Source: Candidatus Lokiarchaeum ossiferum (GTDB lineage: Archaea; Asgardarchaeota; Lokiarchaeia; Sigyniarchaeales; Promethearchaeaceae). From it: a stretch of 32,000 bases of DNA. Below, one piece after another: positions 17,410-29,000 of this stretch. A program made the position numbers and the translations under genes. The notes beneath the pieces are model-generated. The model did no database searches. It worked only from the letters and a program-made list of their open reading frames with translations, and was not told where the DNA came from. The stretch spans positions 3,420,001 to 3,452,000 of the forward strand of contig CP104013.1 of the NCBI GenBank assembly GCA_025839675.1. Reading direction: 5' to 3'. The stretch's first letter is position 1. Every line of letters starts with the position of its first letter.

Positions 17410-18036
17410 TTAATCTTCTTTATCGATATTTTTTTCTTTCCGCTCTTTTTTAGCTTCTAGCTTTCCTTGTTTCAATTTTTCTTCCATTTTCATTTTTTCA
17501 ATCTCAATACCAATACGTCTTTCCATTTTGGAAGTATCATCATTTTCAAAAACAATGTAGGCATAAGCTGCTGCAATTAATATTCCTCCAACTGTGACCC
17601 ATGGCCACCAAATCATAGAACTTTCGGTAATGTGATTTACATAATAATTAACATATACTAAAAATCCTAAAATATATCCCCCAATTGAGATTGTTATTGA
17701 AAAGATTCGCTGTTCCAAGTTCATTATATTAATAGTCAACACAATTGCAGCATGTGCCCACAATATCAATCCCCAACCCAAAATCGCCCAAATACACCAT
17801 AAATCATAAAAACCAAAATTCGCTGGAGTAGAAACTGCAAAGAGATTAATTATTGCGATGAACACATTAATGAAAAGATAAATTATTGCATGCACTTTTA
17901 GAGAACCTTTTAAAAGTACGCGGGTTTTTGCTAATTCTTTTAATTCATAATATTCTAAGGGTAAATTTTCCTCATCCTCAGGATCATCATGATCGATTTC
18001 ATCAACTAAACGTTTTATTAGCTTTCTTTTCGCCAT
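17410..18036 (-). CDS. Membrane protein with two 2TM-domain-like repeats (4 TM), acidic N-terminus and K/E-rich C-terminal tail
   Basis: LKVHAIIYLFINVFIAIINLF...WCIWAILGWGLILWAHAA is followed by a second copy, GGYILGFLVYVNYYVN...IWWPWVTVGGILIAAAYAY. ATG start; apparently co-transcribed with PadR. Confidence 0.7.
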   Translation of the reverse strand: MAKRKLIKRLVDEIDHDDPEDEENLPLEYYELKELAKTRVLLKGSLKVHAIIYLFINVFIAIINLFAVSTPANFGFYDLWCIWAILGWGLILWAHAAIVLTINIMNLEQRIFSITISIGGYILGFLVYVNYYVNHITESSMIWWPWVTVGGILIAAAYAYIVFENDDTSKMERRIGIEIEKMKMEEKLKQGKLEAKKERKEKNIDKED

Positions 18037-18060
18037 AGACTTAAATTTACTAATCCTTTG

Positions 18061-18113
18061 AGGATATATATTTTTTTGTACGGAAGATAGTCAGACCTAT
18101 ATATAGATATCCT
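18061..18113. promoter_or_regulatory. Imperfect inverted repeat AGGATATATAT-N29-ATATAGATATCCT overlapping TATA-like sequence upstream of the 2TM-PadR operon (candidate operator/promoter)
   Basis: The arms at 18061-18071 and 18101-18113 match 10/11 as reverse complements. The left arm, read on the minus strand (ATATATATCCT), is centred ~30 nt upstream of ATG 18036. Confidence 0.3.
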
Positions 18114-18233
18114 TTTCGAGATTTTACACCATATCTGAATGAACTAAAATTCTCATCCAAAAATTTTTAACAGTAAAGCATGTGATAGTGACTATAAAAC
18201 CCTTGAACTCTATTAAAAAACAAAAATCTCAAT

Positions 18234-19133
18234 GTGTTTATCATGGAACAAAAAATCGGATGGATTGGAACTGGCTCTCATGGAAAGCCTATGTGTAGCC
18301 ATTTAATTAAAGCGGGTCATGAAGTAAGAATATATAGTCGTACTAAAGAAAAATGTAATGATTTAATTGAAATTGGAGCTCAAGCTTGTACTTCTCCTGA
18401 AGAAGTTGCCAAAGAAAGTGATATTATTTTCACAATGCTAGGTTTTCCTCAAGATGTACATGATGTCTATTTTGGATCCAATGGATTGCTCTCTGGAGTT
18501 AAAAAAGGTGCAATTTTAGTTGACATGACGACTTCAGAACCACTTCTTGCAAAAAAAATATATGAAACCGCAAAATTGAAAGGAGCTCATGTTCTAGATG
18601 CGCCAATTAATGGGGATGATTTAGCTGCAAGAAATAGAAATTTATCTTTTATGGTGGGGGGAGAAAAAGAGATTTTTGAAGAAATCGAGCCTCTTTTTAT
18701 GAGAATGGGAAAAAGTGCTACTTATATGGGACCCTCCGGATCTGGTCAATCCACTAAAATAACCAATCAGATTTTAATTGCCTCAACCATGGTTGGAGTT
18801 GTGGAGTCACTACAATTTGCCTATAAAAAAGGTCTTGATTTAACAGAGGTTATTAAAGTTATTGGGCAAGGAACTGCCGCGTCATGGTCTATCAATAATC
18901 TTGGGACTAGGATTATTAATGGAAAATTTGACACTGGTTTCTTTATTAAACATTTGGTTAAAGATATGCGAATTGCACTAAAAGAAGCTTCAGATATGAA
19001 TTTATCTTTACCTGGACTAGCTATGGTTCACCAGTTCTACTTAGTGGCCATGAATATGAATTTGGCCGATAAAGGGACTCATGCTCTTCACAAAGTCTAT
19101 GCTCGGATGAATGAAAACGAATTTTCGAAATAA
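18234..19133 (+). CDS. NAD(P)-dependent 3-hydroxyisobutyrate dehydrogenase / 2-hydroxy-3-oxopropionate reductase-family oxidoreductase
   Basis: Contains the Rossmann motif IGWIGTGSHGKPM, then DIIFTML, VDMTT, LDAPING, MVGG, GSGQSTKITNQ (catalytic Lys region) and KDMRIA. The track start is GTG 18234. ATG at 18243 (MEQKIGWIG) is more likely. Confidence 0.85.
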   Translation: MFIMEQKIGWIGTGSHGKPMCSHLIKAGHEVRIYSRTKEKCNDLIEIGAQACTSPEEVAKESDIIFTMLGFPQDVHDVYFGSNGLLSGVKKGAILVDMTTSEPLLAKKIYETAKLKGAHVLDAPINGDDLAARNRNLSFMVGGEKEIFEEIEPLFMRMGKSATYMGPSGSGQSTKITNQILIASTMVGVVESLQFAYKKGLDLTEVIKVIGQGTAASWSINNLGTRIINGKFDTGFFIKHLVKDMRIALKEASDMNLSLPGLAMVHQFYLVAMNMNLADKGTHALHKVYARMNENEFSK

Positions 19134-19291
19134 TATCTCTTTTTTCTCATATTATATTTTTTTGAATTAAAACCATTTTTCAAAACTAATTCAATCAAAG
19201 TTTTCTATTATTGCAAAAAATGTTAAGCTTCCAAATGAGAAAAGTTATAATTTCAATTTTCTCTGGCTTTGAATATGTTTCCCCATCTTTT

Positions 19292-19308
19292 AAAAAAAAA
19301 TTTTTTTT
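19292..19308. terminator. A9T8 palindromic tract between convergent genes: candidate bidirectional oligo-T terminator
   Basis: Reads AAAAAAAAATTTTTTTT. The plus strand presents T8 and the minus strand T9. It lies in the 242-bp spacer between the dehydrogenase (+) and phosphatase (-) 3' ends. Confidence 0.35.
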
Positions 19309-19375
19309 GAATTTTCCAACATTTTTATTAGCTGAATAATAAAAAATCATTTAGAGATAAAATTTCTTAAAATTC

Positions 19376-20398
19376 TTAGGTTTTCGAGCGCGAAAATCGC
19401 ATTATTCGTTGATTTAATCTTCCTTGGGTGTTGAAATCTAAATCACGAAGAACTATATCTCCATTGGGTTGTTCATGGATAGTAAACGCCATTTTAATCT
19501 TGCCAAAATAAGGTTCGGACGAGAAAATATGATAGAGTATATTAGGGAAGACCTCTTGATATCCCCCCCGAGGATCTTCATGAGATCGGTAAATACGTAA
19601 CATTTTATTCCGTTCTAGAAAAAGATGGGTGTCTGTAAGAGTGTAATAATAGTATCCATGATAAGACCGCTCATCTAAATTATTGAGAATTTTACTGGCT
19701 GGGTCATTCCATCGTATTTGGAGAAAGGCTTCTTCGAGTTGCGCTTTAAGTTCTCCATCCTGGATATTTCGATAATTTTTATGTGGTTTAGGTATTTGTT
19801 CCACAATTTCTAAACGTGGTGTACTTTTTGGTATTCCTGCATGCATGCAAATGGATCGTTGAGGTGTTATTGCAACCAAAGACATTAAATTATAAATATC
19901 ATCCAAAATCGCAAGAACCGCTTGACATTCTTGTCTATTAGGATAATACTTATTGACCTCATCATAGAAGCCAAATTTCAAATTCAATTCCAAATCTTCA
20001 TGATTTCCTCGTAAAAGTATAATTCTTTCAGGCCATGCTATGGACATGCTGATAAGATAGAGCAGATTTAGCAGACTAAAGTCTCCTCTATCCACATAAT
20101 CCCCCAAAAATACCATAGAATCCACTTTTTCTTCCAAAAATGGCCGTATTATCCTCAAGGTAGAATTTAAATCACCATGCGTATCTCCAACTATCAGTAA
20201 ATTGTTGAATTGGGGACCAATTTTATCTAAAATTATAAGATTTGAGTATTTGGCATATATTTTTGTAAATTCTGTCCAAATAAAACCAATTTGTCGTACT
20301 GAGAAGGGCGCTTTTTCCGTTGACATTAAAAATGCCATAGGATCTACAAGAAACTTGTGAATATTTGGGGGGATCGATGGATTATCATAAGTTCGCAT
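19376..20398 (-). CDS. PPP-family (PP1/PP2A-like) serine/threonine protein phosphatase
   Basis: The full PPP motif set is present: GDTHGD, GDYVDRG and LRGNHE, then HAG (HGG-equivalent), RSHE (RGHE-equivalent) and SSEPYF (SAPNY-equivalent). There is a ~70-aa N-terminal extension. Confidence 0.9.
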   Translation of the reverse strand: MRTYDNPSIPPNIHKFLVDPMAFLMSTEKAPFSVRQIGFIWTEFTKIYAKYSNLIILDKIGPQFNNLLIVGDTHGDLNSTLRIIRPFLEEKVDSMVFLGDYVDRGDFSLLNLLYLISMSIAWPERIILLRGNHEDLELNLKFGFYDEVNKYYPNRQECQAVLAILDDIYNLMSLVAITPQRSICMHAGIPKSTPRLEIVEQIPKPHKNYRNIQDGELKAQLEEAFLQIRWNDPASKILNNLDERSYHGYYYYTLTDTHLFLERNKMLRIYRSHEDPRGGYQEVFPNILYHIFSSEPYFGKIKMAFTIHEQPNGDIVLRDLDFNTQGRLNQRIMRFSRSKT

Positions 20399-20552
20399 TT
20401 TTTATTCCTTCTCTAAAATATTTTCGTTAATTTATTTTCTCTTTGAAGAAATTTAAACCTCTCTCTTTGGTATTGGAAATCTAAAGGGAAAGTTAGCAAA
20501 TTTTAAATTTACTATGAAAGATAAAGATATAACGACAAAAAATTGATGCCTT

Positions 20553-21815
20553 ATGACACACGATTTACTACGTTCAACATCTTTACGCGATTTAATAAAA
20601 CTATCTAGTTTTAAACGAAAAAGAATTTCTTCATATGATAAATCTGGCGGTAATTTGGATATGGTCTTCATCAAACCGGGTGAGAAGACCACAATTTTCA
20701 ATGTAGATGGACCAGGATGTATTAATCACATCTGGACAACGCAAATGGTGAATAATGCAAAATTTTGGCCCCGGCATATTATTATACGAATGTGGTGGGA
20801 TGATGAGGAAACTCCCAGTGTTGAATGTCCCTTAGGTGATTTTTTTGGCTTAGGACATGGGGATAAGCAAAATTTTGTATCAGAACCATTACAAATGTCC
20901 CCCCAAAATGGGAAGGCTTTCAATTCGTGGTGGGTAATGCCCTTCAAAAACCATGCTCGTATCGAGATTGAAAATGATAATCCTACATCCTTAATTCCTG
21001 ATTCCAATTTCCTTCTTAAAAAAAAACCTGGAATTATGTTCTATTATTATGTAGATTATGAACTCTTTGAATCTTGGCCAAAGGATGAGACTCCAATTGG
21101 ATACTTTCATGCTCAATTTCATCGGGTTGATTATAAAAACGACATGCAAACCAATCCTGATTCTGGGGAAAAGTATAGTTTATTAGAATGGCAAATGTTG
21201 GCAGGGAAAAATACTCGCGAAAATGGAGGATATGATCGGAATCATTTTATTCTAAAGGCTAAAGGAAAAGGCCATTATGTTGGTTGTAATATAAATATTG
21301 ATAATTTCCCATTTCCTTTAAAACGCCGATTATATAATTGGCCTGGAGAAGGGGATGATATGATCTTCATTGATGACGATATTGGAGGAGAACCAACATT
21401 ATATGGAACAGGAACTGAAGATTATGTAAATACTGCTTTTTGTCCTCAAGAAAAATATAGTGCACCATATCACGGGGTCATAAAGGGAGGAGGTTTCAAC
21501 TGGGAAGGAAAAATAACTTATTATCGTTATCATATACAAGATCCAATTCCTTTCGAAAAAGCAATAGAGGTCACGATAGAACATGGTCATAACAATCATC
21601 GTGGAGATGATTGGGCAACTACTGCTTATTGGTACCAATTAGAGCCTCATGCTCCATTTCCTCCTTTTCCATCTCGAGAAGACCGAAATCCACGAAAAGA
21701 TCTGAATTGGTTGCATGGGTTATTGAAGGTAGGTGTAATTCTTCTTAAATGCTTGGGTTTTACAGCAGCCGTATTTGCTGCAATAAAAATACTCACTTGG
21801 ATAAAAATTGTATAA
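20553..21815 (+). CDS. DUF2961 / GH172-family glycoside hydrolase-like protein with C-terminal hydrophobic tail
   Basis: The N-terminal SSYDKSGGNLDMVFIKPGEKTTIFNVDGPGCINHIWTT is the DUF2961 signature, followed by GTGTEDY and HGHNN. The last ~35 aa (LLKVGVILLKCLGFTAAVFAAIKILTWIKIV) form a TM-like tail. There is no N-terminal signal peptide. Confidence 0.8.
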   Translation: MTHDLLRSTSLRDLIKLSSFKRKRISSYDKSGGNLDMVFIKPGEKTTIFNVDGPGCINHIWTTQMVNNAKFWPRHIIIRMWWDDEETPSVECPLGDFFGLGHGDKQNFVSEPLQMSPQNGKAFNSWWVMPFKNHARIEIENDNPTSLIPDSNFLLKKKPGIMFYYYVDYELFESWPKDETPIGYFHAQFHRVDYKNDMQTNPDSGEKYSLLEWQMLAGKNTRENGGYDRNHFILKAKGKGHYVGCNINIDNFPFPLKRRLYNWPGEGDDMIFIDDDIGGEPTLYGTGTEDYVNTAFCPQEKYSAPYHGVIKGGGFNWEGKITYYRYHIQDPIPFEKAIEVTIEHGHNNHRGDDWATTAYWYQLEPHAPFPPFPSREDRNPRKDLNWLHGLLKVGVILLKCLGFTAAVFAAIKILTWIKIV

Positions 21816-21845
21816 AAAAAACTGGAATTCATCATTTAAGTGTTA

Positions 21846-25004
<3,159 letters not shown>

Positions 25005-25108
25005 TTATTTTCACTTATTGTTATACCTCGTTTAGTTAAAAAAAAACTTTTTGCAAAGAAACCAAACTTTTTTTGAAAAAGATTAATTATAATAACTTGA
25101 CTTCGAAA

Positions 25109-25402
25109 ATGAGCGTTACAGCCAAATTTGTCGCAAATTTATTCGGACCCTTCTACTCTCGAACAAATTCTAAATCGGTGGAATATCAACTCGCATCAGA
25201 ATCTGCCACGATTAAAGATTTGATCGAAAAAATTATCGAGCAATTTCCCTCCATTAAAGAATTTATTTATGATGGTGAAGAATTAGCAGAAAACACCATG
25301 ATTGTCATGAATGGCGATATTGTTGGCGGAGAGAACTGGTTTGAAACAAAAATTACCCCCGAAGATCGAATTTCCTTTTTTCAAGGACAGCATGGTGGGT
25401 AA
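25109..25402 (+). CDS. MoaD/ThiS/SAMP-like beta-grasp ubiquitin-like protein ending in Gly-Gly
   Basis: MSVTAKFVANLFGP...TIKDLIEKIIEQFPSIKEFIYDGEEL...MIVMNGDIV...ISFFQGQHGG-stop follows the MoaD-like pattern, and the diglycine sits directly at the C-terminus. The track ORF extends to TTG 25073, but ATG 25109 fits the family N-terminus. Confidence 0.75.
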   Translation: MSVTAKFVANLFGPFYSRTNSKSVEYQLASESATIKDLIEKIIEQFPSIKEFIYDGEELAENTMIVMNGDIVGGENWFETKITPEDRISFFQGQHGG

Positions 25403-25443
25403 ACCTAATTAACTAATTAATTATTAAAAGAAAACTATTTTAG

Positions 25444-25896
25444 ATGATCACAATGGCAAAAAAATCACCTGCTGAACAACAGCTAAAAAAATATGTCAAA
25501 GCCCGTACCAAAGGAAAGGAAGAACCGATTTGCGTGTTTATAAAAATTCGAGAAGCAAAAGACGTAGTTGATCTTAAAATCAAAGACACAGAAAATGGTA
25601 TTGTGGAACTACGCGTTTCTAGTACAAACGAGCATTATCCTAAATGGTACACGCATGGATATTTAATCGATTTAAAAAATTTACGTCTAAATTATAAGGA
25701 AATTAAAAATTCTCTTGAAGTTCAAGATGTTTTACTTAACCCTGCAAAACTAGTACATGCCGCTACCAAACAATTGTTAACCAAATTGGATAAAGATTAT
25801 GGGGGTATTCTTCCCGATGGGAAAAAACTCTTTTGGAAAACTGAAAAATTTAAGAAATCAAAAGATCCTTACAAAGTCAAAATGAAAGCGATGTGA
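25444..25896 (+). CDS. Hypothetical Lys-rich 150-aa protein (orphan)
   Basis: ATG ORF with an alternative ATG at 25453 (MAKKSP...). The protein is basic and has no TM segment or recognisable motif. A TATA-like AT stretch lies ~25 nt upstream. Confidence 0.5.
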   Translation: MITMAKKSPAEQQLKKYVKARTKGKEEPICVFIKIREAKDVVDLKIKDTENGIVELRVSSTNEHYPKWYTHGYLIDLKNLRLNYKEIKNSLEVQDVLLNPAKLVHAATKQLLTKLDKDYGGILPDGKKLFWKTEKFKKSKDPYKVKMKAM

Positions 25897-26019
25897 AACT
25901 GGTTTAGAGGATTTTTGATACTTTTTTTTCCCCCTTCTGATATGCTTGTTCAATTATCAATCTACCTCCCAAAAATTAAAATTCGAGAACAATAACTTAT
26001 TGGTAAGGTAGAAAAAAAA

Positions 26020-29000
26020 ATGTCCAAGACTTCCTCGAAAGCTATAGCGAAGATAAATAGATGGAAGAGTAACTTTCTTGATCTGAGTAATAGGAATACC
26101 CAACTTAATTTCAATCCTAGTAGTAAAAGTTATATCGAAATCCTTCATCCTGATTGCGCAACTTTATTTAAAATTCTCGTGGTTCTTGACCAAACGGGAA
26201 CTTTTCCTTCCGTCTTTAAGCATAAAGTTCGGAAATCTCGAGCTAAAAAATCCTCCAAAACTGCATTTGAAACGACTCCGGAACCTAACGTATCCAAAGA
26301 AACGCAAGATAAACATCTTGAAGCTTTAGAAATCGTCAAAAAAAAAGCCCGACTCACTGAAGTAATTACAAAACTAACTGATAATGTATTAGAGACCCGA
26401 ATAAAGCGTATTATTCGAAAGAATCAAGACGCGTTGGATGAACGCGGAATTAATATTCTCTACATTACCTTTGGTTTGTTAAAATGGAAGGAAAAAGGGG
26501 AAAGCACTTTTAGTACAAGCCCTTTATTATTTATTCCTGCAAAATTGTCCTTGAAACCTTTATCCGTTGATTTATTGGATGATGAAGTCATTGTAAACCC
26601 TGCATTGCGGGAAAAATTGTTAGGTGAACAAATCCGCTTACCAAAATTTGGATACGAGTTTGATTCTCGGGCATTTGAGCACTACTTTAGCTCCGTTGAG
26701 GAAGCTATTAACATTGAACCATCTTGGGAATTGCAACATCGATCTTTCATAGGCACTTTCAGTTTCACTAAGGCCCCCCTTTTTGAAGATCTCGACGATC
26801 ACCAAACAAATCTACTTAATCATCCAATTGTACGGGCAATAGCAGAAGAACAGGGGTTCGCAGAAAAGAAAGAAAATTTACCCGATCGTAATTTCTTAGG
26901 AGACAAACTAGCTCCTACAGATTCCTATGCGATTTTAGATTGTGATTCAAGCCAGATGGAAGCAGTGTTGTATGCCAAATCTGGTAGTTCTCTTGTTATT
27001 CAAGGACCTCCAGGCACCGGGAAAAGCCAGTGCATTGCAAATATTATTGCCGAATCCCTTGCGGTGGGCAAAAAAGTATTATTTGTGGCTCAAAAACGGG
27101 CTGCTCTTGATGTAGTTAAAAAGCGGTTAGAAAAATGCGGTGTGGGTGACTTCTGCTTACAAGTTCATTCTCAAAATTCAAATAAAAAAGAAATACTTCA
27201 ACAAATTGAACACAGCATGAATTTAAACCAAGCAGATTTTCAAGTGCGAGAAGGAAAGTTTAAAGAATTGGGACTAATTCGAGATAAGTTGAATGAGTAT
27301 GTGGAGACTATCAATCAATCCTTCGGAAAAATGGATCTCTCTTTGTATGAGATTATTGGTCATCTCCTCAAGTTGGAAGAAGTACCCCTTATTGAAGCCG
27401 ATATCCGTGATCCCAAAAGTATTACAGAACCTGATTTTGTTGCTATCAAGGATCTTTTTAATCAATTAGAATTATTTCGGAAAACCATGGAAAATTATGA
27501 TGATAATCCCTGGCGCTATTCTCGTATTGTAAGTCCTCTTATTTTATCCCCAGAACTTCACTTGGTTTTGCGTAAATTATTGGTTTCTTTCAAGAAAGGA
27601 AATACTCACCTCCAAGAAGCTCTTCGACAGATCCATTTGAAATTTTCTCCCGATTTTATTAATAAATTGAATGGATTGAATCATTGGCAAAAAACTCTTC
27701 AAATAGGAAAATATTGGGGGGACATTTTACGAAATATTTATGAACTCTGGGAAACGATGGATTCCGATTTTTATAAGTTATCAGAATATTTTGACTTGGA
27801 TTCTGTAGTTGAATTTGAAGATCTCGATTTTCACTCATTGAAACAAATTCGATTGGCCTATGAAGATTTAGTTCCTGAAAATAAATCTTTGAATAAGTGG
27901 TTACATCATCATTTGGCAGAATATTTACAAAAAATTGAGGGTTTTAATGATCGGGTTACGGTTTGGAATCTAAAATCAAAATTAAAACCAATACAAGGAG
28001 AAAAGGATTTAGTTAGACTGGAAAAATTTTTCAATTCATACAATGATAACGCGTTATTGCTTGATGTTGATAGTTTAGTGGCTCGTTTTACCATTGACTA
28101 TACATCATGGTTTAAACGTAAAGGACAAAATTATAAAACAGATAAAGAGAGTATCCTTGCTTGTTTGCGTATCCCCAATCCAAAAGCAAATGTGATGGGG
28201 CATTTGAATATTATCAAAGCTTTTCAAGATGAATTTGGTAAACCATTTTCATCTTCTCCAGAATTTCTCGCTGATCTTCTTGAAGAATTTGATGGATTGT
28301 TTGAACAATGGAAGTCTTTTCGAGAACTTGATGACTTATTGCATCCTCTCCTTTCAGTTTCTTTCCTTACATCAGAATTTCAACAAAACCTGTGGGATAA
28401 AAACCATATCTTTGCAACTCAGTGGTATGATAATTTACCATATTTGAATGATTGGTTTGAAGTCCAAGTTCGGAAGCATCATTTACGGGATTTGGGAATG
28501 GGAGATTTATTTGATGGATTGATCAATAAAAAGTTGGTGGAAGTGGGACCCGATAAGAAATTAATTCCTTATGAAAAAATCTTTGAAAAAACTTTCTATT
28601 CCATATATTTTACCGATATTAAAGACAGCTTGCCACCGATTGCAAATTTTGATCGGAAATTCCATGAAAAGGAATTGGATAAATTTATTAAAATAGATTC
28701 GGAATCTTTGCTCCTAAATCAAGGTAGGTTGCAAGCTAAATTATTTGGTCAGCGGCCCAAATCCGATTTAGATATTTCAGATACTCTATTGGCTCAAACG
28801 GGCTATATTAAACGAGAACTGAAGAAAAAACGTAACGTTAAACCACTACGCCAAACTTTCATGGAAGCTCAAGAGTATATCACCTTGCTCAAACCTTGTT
28901 TCTTGATGAGTCCATTATCTATCGCCAATTATCTCGCAGTAGAAAAGTATGAACAATTCTTTGACATTGTTATTTTTGATGAAGCATCCCAAGTGACCCC

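Noticed and set aside
19220-19339. 39-codon ATG ORF (MLSFQMRKVIISIFSGFEYVSPSFKKKFFLNFPTFLLAE) in the long convergent spacer
   Set aside because: It has no SD or TATA context that I can support, and it runs through the A9T8 tract. It is indistinguishable from chance in AT-rich DNA.
20453-21835. Minus-strand ORFs 20453-20701, 20726-21007, 21399-21638 and 21647-21835
   Set aside because: They are antisense to, or overlap, the DUF2961/GH172 CDS and its upstream region. They have no motifs.
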